Of a stretch of 64,000 nucleotides of DNA, positions 30,331 through 39,899 are shown in pieces. The translations under genes were made by a program, and so were the position numbers. The DNA comes from a bacterium (lineage in GTDB: Bacteria > Patescibacteriota > Minisyncoccia > Phycocordibacterales > UBA5272). The DNA is taken from positions 3,625-67,624 of the forward strand of contig JAYVHM010000007.1 in NCBI GenBank assembly GCA_043771335.1, written 5' to 3'. The notes beneath the pieces were generated by a model, which was not told the origin of the DNA, did not search any database, and was given only the letters and a program-made list of their open reading frames with translations. How positions within the stretch are numbered: the stretch's first letter is position 1; each line of letters starts with the position of its first letter.

Positions 30331-32805
30331 ATGAAATATTCAAAAAAATGGCTACAAGAATATATAGAAGAAACATTGCCAACAGATGAGGATGTGGAAA
30401 AAGCTTTGAATGCAAAAGCTTTTGAAGTAGAGGGAGTAGAGCATGTCGAGAGTGATAGTATTTTTGATATAAAAGTTCTGCCAAATAGAGCTCATGATGC
30501 GCTCGGTCACATAGGCATGGCACGTGAATTATCTGCTTGCCTTAATTTTACTTTTAACAATAAAATAGAAAAAGAAATAGAAGGAATAAAAAATAAAATC
30601 CTCGATAAGGAAAATGCTTTTGAAATAGCAGGCAAGAGAATAAATAAGACAGATAAAAAAATATCAGTAGACGTTGCAGATGAAAAAGCTTGCAGTAGAT
30701 TCATTACCATTAGAATAGATGGAGTAAAAGTTGGTGCTACTCCAGACTTTATAAAAACAGCCCTGAATAATATAGGTCAAAAAAGCATAAATAATATTGT
30801 CGACATTACTAATTATGTGCAATTCGTCCTGAATAAGCCAATGCATGCTTATGACGCTAATAATATTGAGAGTGGAATAATAGTTAGATACGCAGAAGAT
30901 GGAGAAAAGTTAGTAACGCTAGATGATAAGGAATTAATTCTAGATGAGAAAACTTTGGTAATAGCAGATCATAAAAAAGTCTTGGGACTCGCTGGTATAA
31001 AAGGTGGTAAATACTCTGGAGTGAGCGCAGATACTACGAGTATAATAATAGAAAGTGCGAATTTTGAACCGGTACTAATAAGAAAAACTAGTCAAAAATA
31101 TAATCTTAAAACAGATGCCAGTAAAAGATTTGAGAATGGTATATCAGATCAATTAATAGAAGATGGATTATATTACACATTAAAGTTAATTTTAGAAAAT
31201 TGTGCCAACGGTGAAGATGTTAAAGTCTCAGAAGTTACAGATGTTTTTAACAATAAAAAGAAAAATAAATATTTTATAGGTGTAACTCAAAATGAAATCA
31301 ATACTGTTCTGGGTAGTAATTTTGATAAAGCAGAAATAGAAAATACTTTTAAAAGATTAGGTTTTGAATATGAAGAGATAAATACTTTAGATTTTATTAA
31401 AAACAATATAGAAAAAGTAATGAGTGCAGAGTATAAAAATCCTTCTAATGTACAAAATGATGCACCAGAGTATTTCTCTTGTTCCTCACTTGTTTCTTAT
31501 TTATTTAGGGGTATCTGGTTACCTTCATTATCAATAGATAAATATGTTTTTTGTAAAAAAATAAGTGAGAGTGAAAATATTGAGGATTTAGAAAAAGATA
31601 ATATATTAAAATATGGTGACCTGATATTCGCAAATACTGGTGAAGGAAAAATAAGATATGAGAGTGTAGAATATATGCGTGGTACAAAAGTAGAAGCAGG
31701 CGCAGACCATGTTGGTATTTATATTGGTGAAGGAAAAGTATTACATGCTACAAAAGTTAAGGGTAGAGTAGCGATAGAAAGTATTGCTGATTTTAAAAAT
31801 GGTAGAAAGATTGTAGGTGTAGGTAGAGTGTCTGAAAACCTCGAAGAGAAAAGGTATATAGTGTATGTTCCGCATGAGAGACTGGATCTTAAAATAAAAG
31901 AAAATATAATAGAGGAGGTGGGGAGGATAATAGGCTATGATAAATTAATACCAACACTGCCAAAACTCATAAATGAAATAGGAGAGCAAAAAACAGGAAT
32001 CATAAACAAAGAATTATATTATCAAAATGTAATTAAAAATATCTTATTTAAAAATAATTATTCAGAAGTGATGGGTTATTCTTTTGTAGAAAAGGGTGAA
32101 GTGTCACTGTTAAAAGCAGCCAGTACCAAAAATAAACTTCGCACAAATATAAGTAATGGCATGATTGAGAGTGTGCAGAAAAATATAAATAATATGCCAC
32201 TGCTACAGATAGATACTGTAAAGGTATTTGAATTTGGAAAAGTTTTTGATAATGAAGGTGAACATTTTAATCTTTGCATTGCTTGTGATGATGGGAAAAA
32301 GAAAAGTAATTTTGCTGAAAATGTAGATCTTGTGCTTGGTGAAATAAAAAGTAATTTAAAGCTTGAGAAAATAGAATATGAAGTAAAAAATGTAAAGCCT
32401 TATATAATAGAAATTGATTTTGATAATATGTTAAGTAGTCTTAATGCAGAAACCGAAAATATCTTTTTATCAGGTGAATACACAAATAAAAATATTAAGT
32501 ATAAATCATTTAGCCAAATGCCATTTATTATTCGTGACGTAGCTTTTTGGATTGAGGAGAGTAATGAATTATTAAAAAACAAAGATAGTATTTCAGAAAT
32601 GATAAAAGAGAATGCAGGAGACCTGTGTATGGAAGTGGTAAAATTTGATGAATTCAAAAAAGAAATAGATGGAGTACAAAAAATATCTTTAGGATACAGA
32701 TTAATATACCAGTCTTTTGAAAAGACGTTAACTGACGAAGAGGTGAATGTTCAAAGTGATAAAGTTTATGAAAAGCTAAAAGAAATCGGCTTGGAAATAA
32801 GATAG
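30331..32805 (+). CDS. pheT: Phenylalanine--tRNA ligase beta subunit with an inserted NlpC/P60 domain
   Basis: PNRAHDALGH.G.ARE, INNIVDITNY, P.HAYD, ESANF, TDASKRFE, VP.ERLDL...EEVGR..GYD, FDX-ACB C-terminus; B2 domain absent. Confidence 0.95.
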   Translation: MKYSKKWLQEYIEETLPTDEDVEKALNAKAFEVEGVEHVESDSIFDIKVLPNRAHDALGHIGMARELSACLNFTFNNKIEKEIEGIKNKILDKENAFEIAGKRINKTDKKISVDVADEKACSRFITIRIDGVKVGATPDFIKTALNNIGQKSINNIVDITNYVQFVLNKPMHAYDANNIESGIIVRYAEDGEKLVTLDDKELILDEKTLVIADHKKVLGLAGIKGGKYSGVSADTTSIIIESANFEPVLIRKTSQKYNLKTDASKRFENGISDQLIEDGLYYTLKLILENCANGEDVKVSEVTDVFNNKKKNKYFIGVTQNEINTVLGSNFDKAEIENTFKRLGFEYEEINTLDFIKNNIEKVMSAEYKNPSNVQNDAPEYFSCSSLVSYLFRGIWLPSLSIDKYVFCKKISESENIEDLEKDNILKYGDLIFANTGEGKIRYESVEYMRGTKVEAGADHVGIYIGEGKVLHATKVKGRVAIESIADFKNGRKIVGVGRVSENLEEKRYIVYVPHERLDLKIKENIIEEVGRIIGYDKLIPTLPKLINEIGEQKTGIINKELYYQNVIKNILFKNNYSEVMGYSFVEKGEVSLLKAASTKNKLRTNISNGMIESVQKNINNMPLLQIDTVKVFEFGKVFDNEGEHFNLCIACDDGKKKSNFAENVDLVLGEIKSNLKLEKIEYEVKNVKPYIIEIDFDNMLSSLNAETENIFLSGEYTNKNIKYKSFSQMPFIIRDVAFWIEESNELLKNKDSISEMIKENAGDLCMEVVKFDEFKKEIDGVQKISLGYRLIYQSFEKTLTDEEVNVQSDKVYEKLKEIGLEIR

Positions 32806-32849
32806 AAAATGTGTTATAATAGATTAAATTAAAAAATATTTTTTAATTT

Positions 32850-32893
32850 GGAGACATGGCTGAGTGGCAACTAAAAGTAGCGGCACCTCAGTG
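32850..32893 (+). repeat. Upstream copy of the tRNA-Ser 5' part with a D-loop-region replacement
   Basis: ggagacatggctgagtgg-[caactaaaagtagc]-ggcacctcagtg versus ggagacgtggctgagtgg-[tctaa]-ggcacctcactg. Confidence 0.9.
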
Positions 32894-32905
32894 GTGAGTA
32901 TAATA

Positions 32906-32991
32906 GGAGACGTGGCTGAGTGGTCTAAGGCACCTCACTGCTAACGAGGCGACCCGTCAACGGTCCGAGGGTTCGACTCCCTCCGTCTCCG
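32906..32991 (+). tRNA. tRNA-Ser(GCT)
   Basis: GGAGACG/CGTCTCC acceptor, ctGCTaa loop, long variable arm, G73. Confidence 0.93.
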
Positions 32992-33006
32992 CTGAAAACA
33001 AATTTC

Positions 33007-33774
33007 ATGAACCTAATTTTAAATAAAGATTTGGCTAAGGACTACAGTAATCTTTCTCAAAAAGCTAGAGTAATGACAGAAGACTGGGTTTTGAACGAAA
33101 TATATTGCCCAAGTTGTGGCACTGTTATTTATAGTTATATAAATAACAAACCAGTCGCAGACTTCTATTGTAAAAAATGTTTAGAGGATTTTGAGTTAAA
33201 ATCTAAACAAGATAAAATTGGGTCTAAGGTTTCCGCAGGAGCTTATTCAAAAATGATTGAGAGAATTAATTCCAAAGAAAAACCAAATTTTTTCTTTATG
33301 AGTTATTTATTAAAAGTTTCAAGTGTTAATGATTTTTTTATTGTCCCGAAACATTTTTTTATACCTGAGATAATTGAGCAAAGAAAGCCACTAGCAGAAA
33401 GTGCTAGGCGAGCTGGTTGGATAGGTTCAAATATTTTATTCTCAAAAATACCGAAAGCTGGGCAAATTTTTTATGTAGAAAATGGTAAAATTTTTGATAA
33501 AAAAGAGGTTTTAGAAAAATGGCAAAAAACATTGTTTTTGAAAGAAGTAAAGAAGCCTGAAGCTAGAGGATGGATTTTAGATGTTATGAACTGTATAGAC
33601 TCTCTAAACAAGAAAGAGTTTACGTTGAAAGAAATTTATGAATTTGAAAAAGATTTATTAAATATACACCCTAAAAATAAAAATATTAAACCAAAAATTA
33701 GACAGCAGTTACAATTTTTAAGAGATAAAGGTTATTTAGAGTTTTTAGAGCCAGGTAAATATAAATTAAAATAG
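33007..33774 (+). CDS. DpnI-like methyl-directed restriction endonuclease
   Basis: SQKARV.TE.W, YCPSCG, NNKPVADFYC..C.E.FELKSK, RKPLA..ARRAGW.G, KIRQQLQ.LRD winged helix. Confidence 0.92.
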   Translation: MNLILNKDLAKDYSNLSQKARVMTEDWVLNEIYCPSCGTVIYSYINNKPVADFYCKKCLEDFELKSKQDKIGSKVSAGAYSKMIERINSKEKPNFFFMSYLLKVSSVNDFFIVPKHFFIPEIIEQRKPLAESARRAGWIGSNILFSKIPKAGQIFYVENGKIFDKKEVLEKWQKTLFLKEVKKPEARGWILDVMNCIDSLNKKEFTLKEIYEFEKDLLNIHPKNKNIKPKIRQQLQFLRDKGYLEFLEPGKYKLK

Positions 33775-33798
33775 TAAAAACCATGTTAAAATAGATGT

Positions 33799-34263
33799 AT
33801 GAAAATACACGAATTGGGGCATGTTGTTTTTTATGTTAGTAATTTAAAAACCTTAGCAGATTTTTATAAAAATACTTTAGGATTTAATGAGATACACAGA
33901 GACACGCATACTGCGTTATTTTCTTCTGGACGCACTCATCATGAATTACTACTAATTGAAATTGGCGGTGTCACAAAAAATATTAATAATCTGGGGGAAG
34001 GTACACATAAAATACCAGAGACAGGCCTGTATCATATTGGTTTTAAAATAGGGGATACTGATGAAGAGTTAAAAGATGCAATAAAAGAGTTAGCAGAAAA
34101 AGGCGTAAAGATAACTGGCTCAGCTAATCATCACGTCACTCATAGTCTGTATATAATGGATCCAGATGGTAATGAGCTCGAGCTGTATGTTGATGTCGAT
34201 GAATCATGGAAAAATGATAAATCTAAGATAGTAAAAAGGGCAGAAAGATTAGTTTTGGATTAA
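33799..34263 (+). CDS. VOC/glyoxalase family protein
   Basis: LGHVV..V, FY...LG, GLYHIGF, SLY..DPDGNELE. Confidence 0.92.
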   Translation: MKIHELGHVVFYVSNLKTLADFYKNTLGFNEIHRDTHTALFSSGRTHHELLLIEIGGVTKNINNLGEGTHKIPETGLYHIGFKIGDTDEELKDAIKELAEKGVKITGSANHHVTHSLYIMDPDGNELELYVDVDESWKNDKSKIVKRAERLVLD

Positions 34264-34350
34264 AGGGGCTGCGGACTAGTATTTCCCATATTCTCTTGTT
34301 TATGTTATAATGTTTCTCATACACATACCTCTGCTGAGGCGTGTGTATAT

Positions 34351-34426
34351 GCGCGAATAGCTCAGCTGGTAGAGCACTCGACTGATACTCGAGCGGTCCT
34401 AAGTTCGAATCTTAGTTCGCGCACCA
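34351..34426 (+). tRNA. tRNA-Ile(GAT)
   Basis: ctcga-ctGATac-tcgag, CCA. Confidence 0.93.
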
Positions 34427-34428
34427 TT

Positions 34429-35511
34429 GTGAAAATTCTAGAAAATATAGAATTAAAAAAATACAGTACATTTTATGTGGGTGGCGTGTGTAAATACTTT
34501 ATAGAAATAAATAACAGAGAAGATATTGTTAATGCTTTTGATTTTATAAAATTAAAAAAAGAAGAAATAGAAATAGATGATTTTTACATATTAGGCATGG
34601 GCTCTAATACTATATTTTCTAATAATTTACACAGAACATGTATTTTAAAAATTAATATAAAAAATGAAAATAGTTTTGAAATAATAAATAATTCAAATCT
34701 CGAAAATAGAAATCTAGATGAAAATGTCTATGTAAAAGCTAATTCTGCTGAAGTTTGGGATGACCTAGTTTTATTTTCTTGTGAGAGTGGTTATTGTGGG
34801 CTAGAAAATCTATCTTATATACCGGGTCATGTCGGCGCTGCGCCAGTGCAGAATATAGGAGCATATGGAGTAGAAGCAAAAGATCTAATCAAGAATGTAG
34901 AAGTTTATAATGTAGAAAAAAACATTTTTGAAATACTAGAAAATAATCTATTAAATAATATAGAAGAAAATAATTTAGAATTTGAATATAGGGATAGTCT
35001 TTTTAAGAAAAATAAAAATAAATATGTGATATTAAGCGTAACTTTTCTTTTAAATAAAAATAAAAATAATCCTGATTCTAAATACGAAGGCTTAGATATT
35101 TTAGAATCAGATAGTCTGTTAGAGATTAGGAATAAAATAATAAATATTCGAAAAAGTAAATTACCAGAATGGAAAGATGTACCTAATTGTGGATCATTTT
35201 TCAAAAACCCTATAATTACAAAAGAGGAATTAGATTTTATTTTAAGTAAAAATAAAAGTATAAAATATTTTGAAGTTATATGTAAACAAGAAATAAAATA
35301 CAAGCTGTCAGCAGCCCAAATAATAGATTCCCTCAATATAAAAGGCTTAGAAATCGGCGGGGCAAAAGTGAGTCCTCGTCATGCATTAATAATTATAAAT
35401 GAAAACAAGGAAGCAACTTTTCAAGATGTTTATGATTTAAGTGAAGACATCTTAAGTAAAGTAACTAGCTTTTATAATATAATTTTAGAGAGAGAAGTTA
35501 ATATGTTATAA
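34429..35511 (+). CDS. murB: UDP-N-acetylenolpyruvoylglucosamine reductase
   Basis: LG.GSN, GLENLS.IPG.VGAAPVQNIGAYG, F.YRDS.FK, GSFFKNP, HAL..IN, LEREV. Confidence 0.96.
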   Translation: MKILENIELKKYSTFYVGGVCKYFIEINNREDIVNAFDFIKLKKEEIEIDDFYILGMGSNTIFSNNLHRTCILKINIKNENSFEIINNSNLENRNLDENVYVKANSAEVWDDLVLFSCESGYCGLENLSYIPGHVGAAPVQNIGAYGVEAKDLIKNVEVYNVEKNIFEILENNLLNNIEENNLEFEYRDSLFKKNKNKYVILSVTFLLNKNKNNPDSKYEGLDILESDSLLEIRNKIINIRKSKLPEWKDVPNCGSFFKNPIITKEELDFILSKNKSIKYFEVICKQEIKYKLSAAQIIDSLNIKGLEIGGAKVSPRHALIIINENKEATFQDVYDLSEDILSKVTSFYNIILEREVNML

Positions 35512-35526
35512 TGGTTTTAATAAAAC

Positions 35527-36873
35527 ATGCAAAAATTTAGAGTAACAGGGGGCAAAGAATTAAGTGGTATTATAGAGCCACAGGGGTCTAAAAATGAAGC
35601 TTTGCAAATAGTTGCCAGTAGTATAATAGTGCAAAAATTAAAAATAATAAATTGCCCAAATATTTTAGACATTAGGAATCTTTTAATCATTTTAGAAAAT
35701 GCAGGCTCAAAAATAAAATGGGAAAAACAAAATAATAAAAATATTTTATATATAGACACCACAAAAATAGATTTTGAATATTTTAAAAGTGATGAATATT
35801 TGAAATTATCAGAAAAACTTCGTGGGTCATTAATGCTTATCGGTCCATTGCTATCCCGCTTTGGAAAAGCCTACATTCCAAGTGTTGGTGGCGATAAGAT
35901 AGGTAAGAGACCGATTGACACACACATTAACGGATTCTTAAAAGTAGGAGCCAGTATACAAAAAGACGAAAGAGGTTTTGAGTATTTGGAACTTTTAGAA
36001 AATAATATAAAAAAAGACAGACAGATAATCTTAGAAGAGCCATCAGTAACAGGCACGGCAAATATTATTTTTGCTTTAACTAAGAAAATAAATAAAGTAG
36101 ATGGACTTGTAAAAAACATCTCTTTGTATAATGCTGCTTGCGAGACATACGTGTCACAATTAGTCTCTCTTTTAAATAAATCAGGAATGAATATACTGGG
36201 TATCGGTTCTAATCTTTTAAATATAAATGGAGACATGCAAAATATTTTTGAGACAGAAATAGAGCATACAGTGCTTCCTGATTTTATAGAAGTAGCTAGC
36301 TTTATCTCTCTTGCTATGGCGACCAAAAGTGAAATCACGATAAAGAATGCTGGAGTTGCTAATCTCGACATGACTATTAAAATGTTTGAAAAGTTAGGTT
36401 GTAGATTTGAGATTATAGGTGATGATATAAAAGTTCTGAAACAAGAAAGTTACACAATACAAAAGATGCATGACGGTAGCATGATGACAATATACAGTGC
36501 ACCATGGCCTATGGTAAGTCCAGACATATTAAGTGTGGGAATAGTGGCTGCATTACAGTCAGAGGGGTCAGTGCTTTTTCATGAGAAGATGTATGAAGCT
36601 AGGATGTTTTTTGTAGACAAGTTAGTGGCTATGAATGGTAGTATAGTCCTGTGTGACCCACATCGAGTAGTGGTGAATGGTAATAACTGGAAAGAAAGAT
36701 TGTTGGCTCGGAACATGACGAGCCCTGACATACGTGCGGGTATCGCCCTACTCATCGCCGCCCTCGGCGCTGGTGGGATCAGTGTAATAGATAATGTAGA
36801 TCAGATAGATAGAGGATATGAGAACATAGAAATGCGCCTCGCTGCGCTCGGCGCAGATATTGTGAGGGTATAA
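35527..36873 (+). CDS. murA: UDP-N-acetylglucosamine 1-carboxyvinyltransferase (Asp-type active site)
   Basis: GSKN, LRGS, GGDKIGKRP, SVTGT.N, PDIRAG, IDRGYE. Confidence 0.96.
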   Translation: MQKFRVTGGKELSGIIEPQGSKNEALQIVASSIIVQKLKIINCPNILDIRNLLIILENAGSKIKWEKQNNKNILYIDTTKIDFEYFKSDEYLKLSEKLRGSLMLIGPLLSRFGKAYIPSVGGDKIGKRPIDTHINGFLKVGASIQKDERGFEYLELLENNIKKDRQIILEEPSVTGTANIIFALTKKINKVDGLVKNISLYNAACETYVSQLVSLLNKSGMNILGIGSNLLNINGDMQNIFETEIEHTVLPDFIEVASFISLAMATKSEITIKNAGVANLDMTIKMFEKLGCRFEIIGDDIKVLKQESYTIQKMHDGSMMTIYSAPWPMVSPDILSVGIVAALQSEGSVLFHEKMYEARMFFVDKLVAMNGSIVLCDPHRVVVNGNNWKERLLARNMTSPDIRAGIALLIAALGAGGISVIDNVDQIDRGYENIEMRLAALGADIVRV

Positions 36874-36924
36874 TCTTATATTTATAAACGAAAACAAAAA
36901 CACGCAATCATGCGTGTTTTTCTA

Positions 36925-36999
36925 TGGTGTCCCCGCTAGGAATCGGACCTAGATCTAGAGCTTAGAAGGCTCTCGTTCTATCCATTGAACTACGGGGAC
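36925..36999 (-). tRNA. tRNA-Arg(TCT)
   Basis: Reverse complement gives agagc-ctTCTaa-gctct and CCA; T-loop reads TCCGATT. Confidence 0.9.
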
Positions 37000-37091
37000 A
37001 AATGGATAAGATACATAATAACATAAAACTCGGAATAAATAAAGAGCAAAAACAACATAACTTAGTTATTTTTATGTGATATAATTTATCT

Positions 37092-37913
37092 ATGATAAAT
37101 CCAAGTGTTAAGAAAAGTGAACCAAGAGAAAGTGTGCAGCTGTCTTTAGGTAATGACTTTGATGTTCTACATAAAGTAAATCGTGGTCATGTCGAGTCTA
37201 TGCATCCTGTATATCAGGCGGCACACGCAAAGGCTGTGTCTATTGTAGGAGGGAATAGGATACATTTAGATGATTTTCATTATGTTGATACAGAAAGAGA
37301 TAAGCAGGCTGTAATAGATAGATATAAAGAAATAAATTCTAAAACTTTATTTAAAGAGGGCGAAGTTGAGGCGTTAGTTCAGGCAGAAATTTTAGAGGCA
37401 ATGATTTATGATTTAGTTAAAAATTATGGATGGTTTGGGAAGAACACTAGTGCAATATTACCATCATCTTATGATGATCTGTTTTTAGGTAATGATATGA
37501 TTTTAGAGCATAGTAGCGGAGACTTTACTTCTTATTCTGGAGTAGGGATAGATATAACAATAGGTGAAAGTTCTTTTATGAAAAAAATAGAAGATACTAA
37601 AAGAAGGATTTCAAAAGGTCAATTAGGAAAAGTTAAGTATTTCAAATCAAGAGACGCTAATTATTCAGGTGAACTTAATAATATACCACACTTTGTAATA
37701 GGCGTAGACAGGGACCATATGTTTAGCCTTGCAAGATCTTGGGCTGAAGGCAGAGAAGATTCAATAAAAAAATCACCAGCAAGAAAAAATATTATTTTAA
37801 TGATGATTGCAGAGTGTGATGAATTTTCAAAAAATGCAAATCAAAATATAAAAGATGCTTATGCAAGAGAAAAAAGAATTTTAGAAAAAGTACTCTTAGA
37901 TATAAGTAAATAG
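37092..37913 (+). CDS. Hypothetical protein (possible PD-(D/E)XK-like fold)
   Basis: 273-aa ORF; acidic motifs E..E, YDD...G.D, IDIT. Confidence 0.65.
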   Translation: MINPSVKKSEPRESVQLSLGNDFDVLHKVNRGHVESMHPVYQAAHAKAVSIVGGNRIHLDDFHYVDTERDKQAVIDRYKEINSKTLFKEGEVEALVQAEILEAMIYDLVKNYGWFGKNTSAILPSSYDDLFLGNDMILEHSSGDFTSYSGVGIDITIGESSFMKKIEDTKRRISKGQLGKVKYFKSRDANYSGELNNIPHFVIGVDRDHMFSLARSWAEGREDSIKKSPARKNIILMMIAECDEFSKNANQNIKDAYAREKRILEKVLLDISK

Positions 37914-37964
37914 TTTAATTGGTATTGTTTTATCTAAATAATTTTTATGCTATAATATAAGCAT

Positions 37965-38507
37965 ATGATAAAAGAAAATTTGATAGGAACAAAAGTTCCA
38001 AATGTTACATTTAAAACACGTGTTCGTAATGATACTCTTGGTGGCGAGAATCCATTTGAATGGAAAGACATTACAACCTCTGAGATATTTGATAATAAAA
38101 AAGTTGTAGTGTTTTCTCTTCCTGGAGCATTCACTCCAACATGTTCTACAACTCATGCTCCTGGTTACGATGCAAGATTCGAAGAGTTCAAAGCTCTTGG
38201 TGTTGATACTGTAATCTGCGTGTCTGTTAATGATGCATTCGTTATGTTCCAATGGGCTAAAAATCTAGGACTTAAAAATGTGTTTATGTTACCAGATGGT
38301 AATGGAGAATTTACAAAAGCTATGGGCGCACTCGTAGCTAAAAATAATTTAGGCTTTGGTGATAGATCATGGAGATATAGTATGTTCGTAGATAATGCAG
38401 AAATTAAGAATGTATTTATCGAAGCTGGATTCGGAGATTTATGTGAGACAGATCCATTTGAGGTTTCTGATGCTGACACTATGCTTGCTTATCTTAAGGG
38501 TATTTAA
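37965..38507 (+). CDS. Peroxiredoxin (Prx5 type)
   Basis: [34 protein letters not shown]. Confidence 0.96.
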   Translation: MIKENLIGTKVPNVTFKTRVRNDTLGGENPFEWKDITTSEIFDNKKVVVFSLPGAFTPTCSTTHAPGYDARFEEFKALGVDTVICVSVNDAFVMFQWAKNLGLKNVFMLPDGNGEFTKAMGALVAKNNLGFGDRSWRYSMFVDNAEIKNVFIEAGFGDLCETDPFEVSDADTMLAYLKGI

Positions 38508-38528
38508 TTTTTTTAAAAAATATAAAGT

Positions 38529-38564
38529 AAAAATAAAAACTACACAACAGTGTAGTTTTTATTT
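38529..38564. terminator. Bidirectional terminator between the peroxiredoxin gene and tRNA-Val
   Basis: aaaataaaaactacac-aaca-gtgtagtttttatttt. Confidence 0.82.
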
Positions 38565-38609
38565 TCATATGAATAGATTTTTATTTCTTAAAGAAGAAAT
38601 TATTTTCTG

Positions 38610-38682
38610 TGGGCGATGAGGGATTCGAACCCCCGACCTTCGCAGTGTAAATGCGCTGCTCTACCAACTGAGCTAATCGCCC
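38610..38682 (-). tRNA. tRNA-Val(TAC)
   Basis: Reverse complement gives cgca-ttTACac-tgcg, GGTTCGAATCC. Confidence 0.94.
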
Positions 38683-38768
38683 TTTTGGGCTTTCTTTACA
38701 AATAACAAGTAATAATGTATAATATAACTTATATTTTGTATTAACATTATAATACATTTTCACTATCT

Positions 38769-39851
38769 ATGCAAGCAAAAATAAAAAGAACCAATTTGAA
38801 TAAAAAAGACCAAGCAAGGAATATGCGTGGAGTTAGAAAGTATAATGACAAGATTAATTTTATTGTTGCTAATAATATAAAGATAGACGCAGTAGACAAC
38901 AAGAAAACATTAAAAGACATAAAAGGTGACAAAGAGTTTAAGTCTCAAATAGAAGAGAGGAAGAAGAGGGATTTTACTCACACAGAAGATGTTGAAAATA
39001 ATAAAGAGTCTGGTGCAGAGAACCTCGAAGAAAAAGAAAGCAATAATCTAGATGAAAGTCTTTTTGACGATGAGAATGAAGTAAAAATAGAAGTTGATAA
39101 GCCTCCGTATAAGCCAGCATTACCGATGGGAGATTATAAAGATTTTAAATTTGAAATACTTTTTGAAAATGAGAGAATAATGATAATAAACAAATGGCCG
39201 GGCATCATGGTGCATCCAGATGACAGAAATGTAGAAGTTACCTTGTCAGATATAATACATGAAAAATATCCAGAGATAAGAGAAGTGGGTGAATGGGGTA
39301 GACCAGGTATAGTGCACAGATTAGACAGGAACACTACTGGAGTGTTGATAATATGTAAGACGGCAGATAGTTACAAGGATATGAAGAATATTTTCCGTGA
39401 GCACAAAATCAGAAAAGTTTATAGAGCAATAGTGGAAGGGAATGTTCGTGATGACATGGGAATAATAGATAAGCCAATGGCGAGATCGAGAAGTGATTTT
39501 AGAAAAAAGTCTGTGCTTGATATGTATAGTAAAGATTTTCGTGGTGAAGAGAGAAGTGCGATAACAAGATACAAAGTATTAGCCAGAAGCGCTGATAAAA
39601 AGTTTACTTACGTTGAACTGTATCCATTAACAGGACGCACTCATCAATTACGTGTGCATATGCGTGCTATCAGACACCCCATAGTTGGTGATGATTTGTA
39701 TGGATCAGTAAAAGGAGCTAGCCTGGCCCCAAGGAGTATGTTACATGCTTACAAAATAGAGTTTACTCTCAGAAAACAAGAAATAAAAGTAGAAAGTAAA
39801 ATACCAGAAGACATGAAAACAGAAGTTGATAAATATTTCAAAATATGTTAA
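38769..39851 (+). CDS. RluA/RluD-family pseudouridine synthase
   Basis: INK.PG..VHP, RPGIVHRLDR.TTG, TGRTHQLRVH, HPIVGD.LYG. Confidence 0.95.
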   Translation: MQAKIKRTNLNKKDQARNMRGVRKYNDKINFIVANNIKIDAVDNKKTLKDIKGDKEFKSQIEERKKRDFTHTEDVENNKESGAENLEEKESNNLDESLFDDENEVKIEVDKPPYKPALPMGDYKDFKFEILFENERIMIINKWPGIMVHPDDRNVEVTLSDIIHEKYPEIREVGEWGRPGIVHRLDRNTTGVLIICKTADSYKDMKNIFREHKIRKVYRAIVEGNVRDDMGIIDKPMARSRSDFRKKSVLDMYSKDFRGEERSAITRYKVLARSADKKFTYVELYPLTGRTHQLRVHMRAIRHPIVGDDLYGSVKGASLAPRSMLHAYKIEFTLRKQEIKVESKIPEDMKTEVDKYFKIC

Positions 39852-39899
39852 TATGTAGGAACTAATTAAATCTTAATTAACAGTAATCAAAATATCACT

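Noticed and set aside
32850-32893. Classical attL/attR prophage scars for the tRNA partial copies
   Set aside because: No integrase or cargo between copy and tRNA, and att scars do not explain a common internal insert replacing 5 nt. A minimal excision footprint is not excluded.
34264-34290. GGGGCTG start resembling a tRNA-Ala or tmRNA 5' end
   Set aside because: No matching T-arm or acceptor 3' strand.
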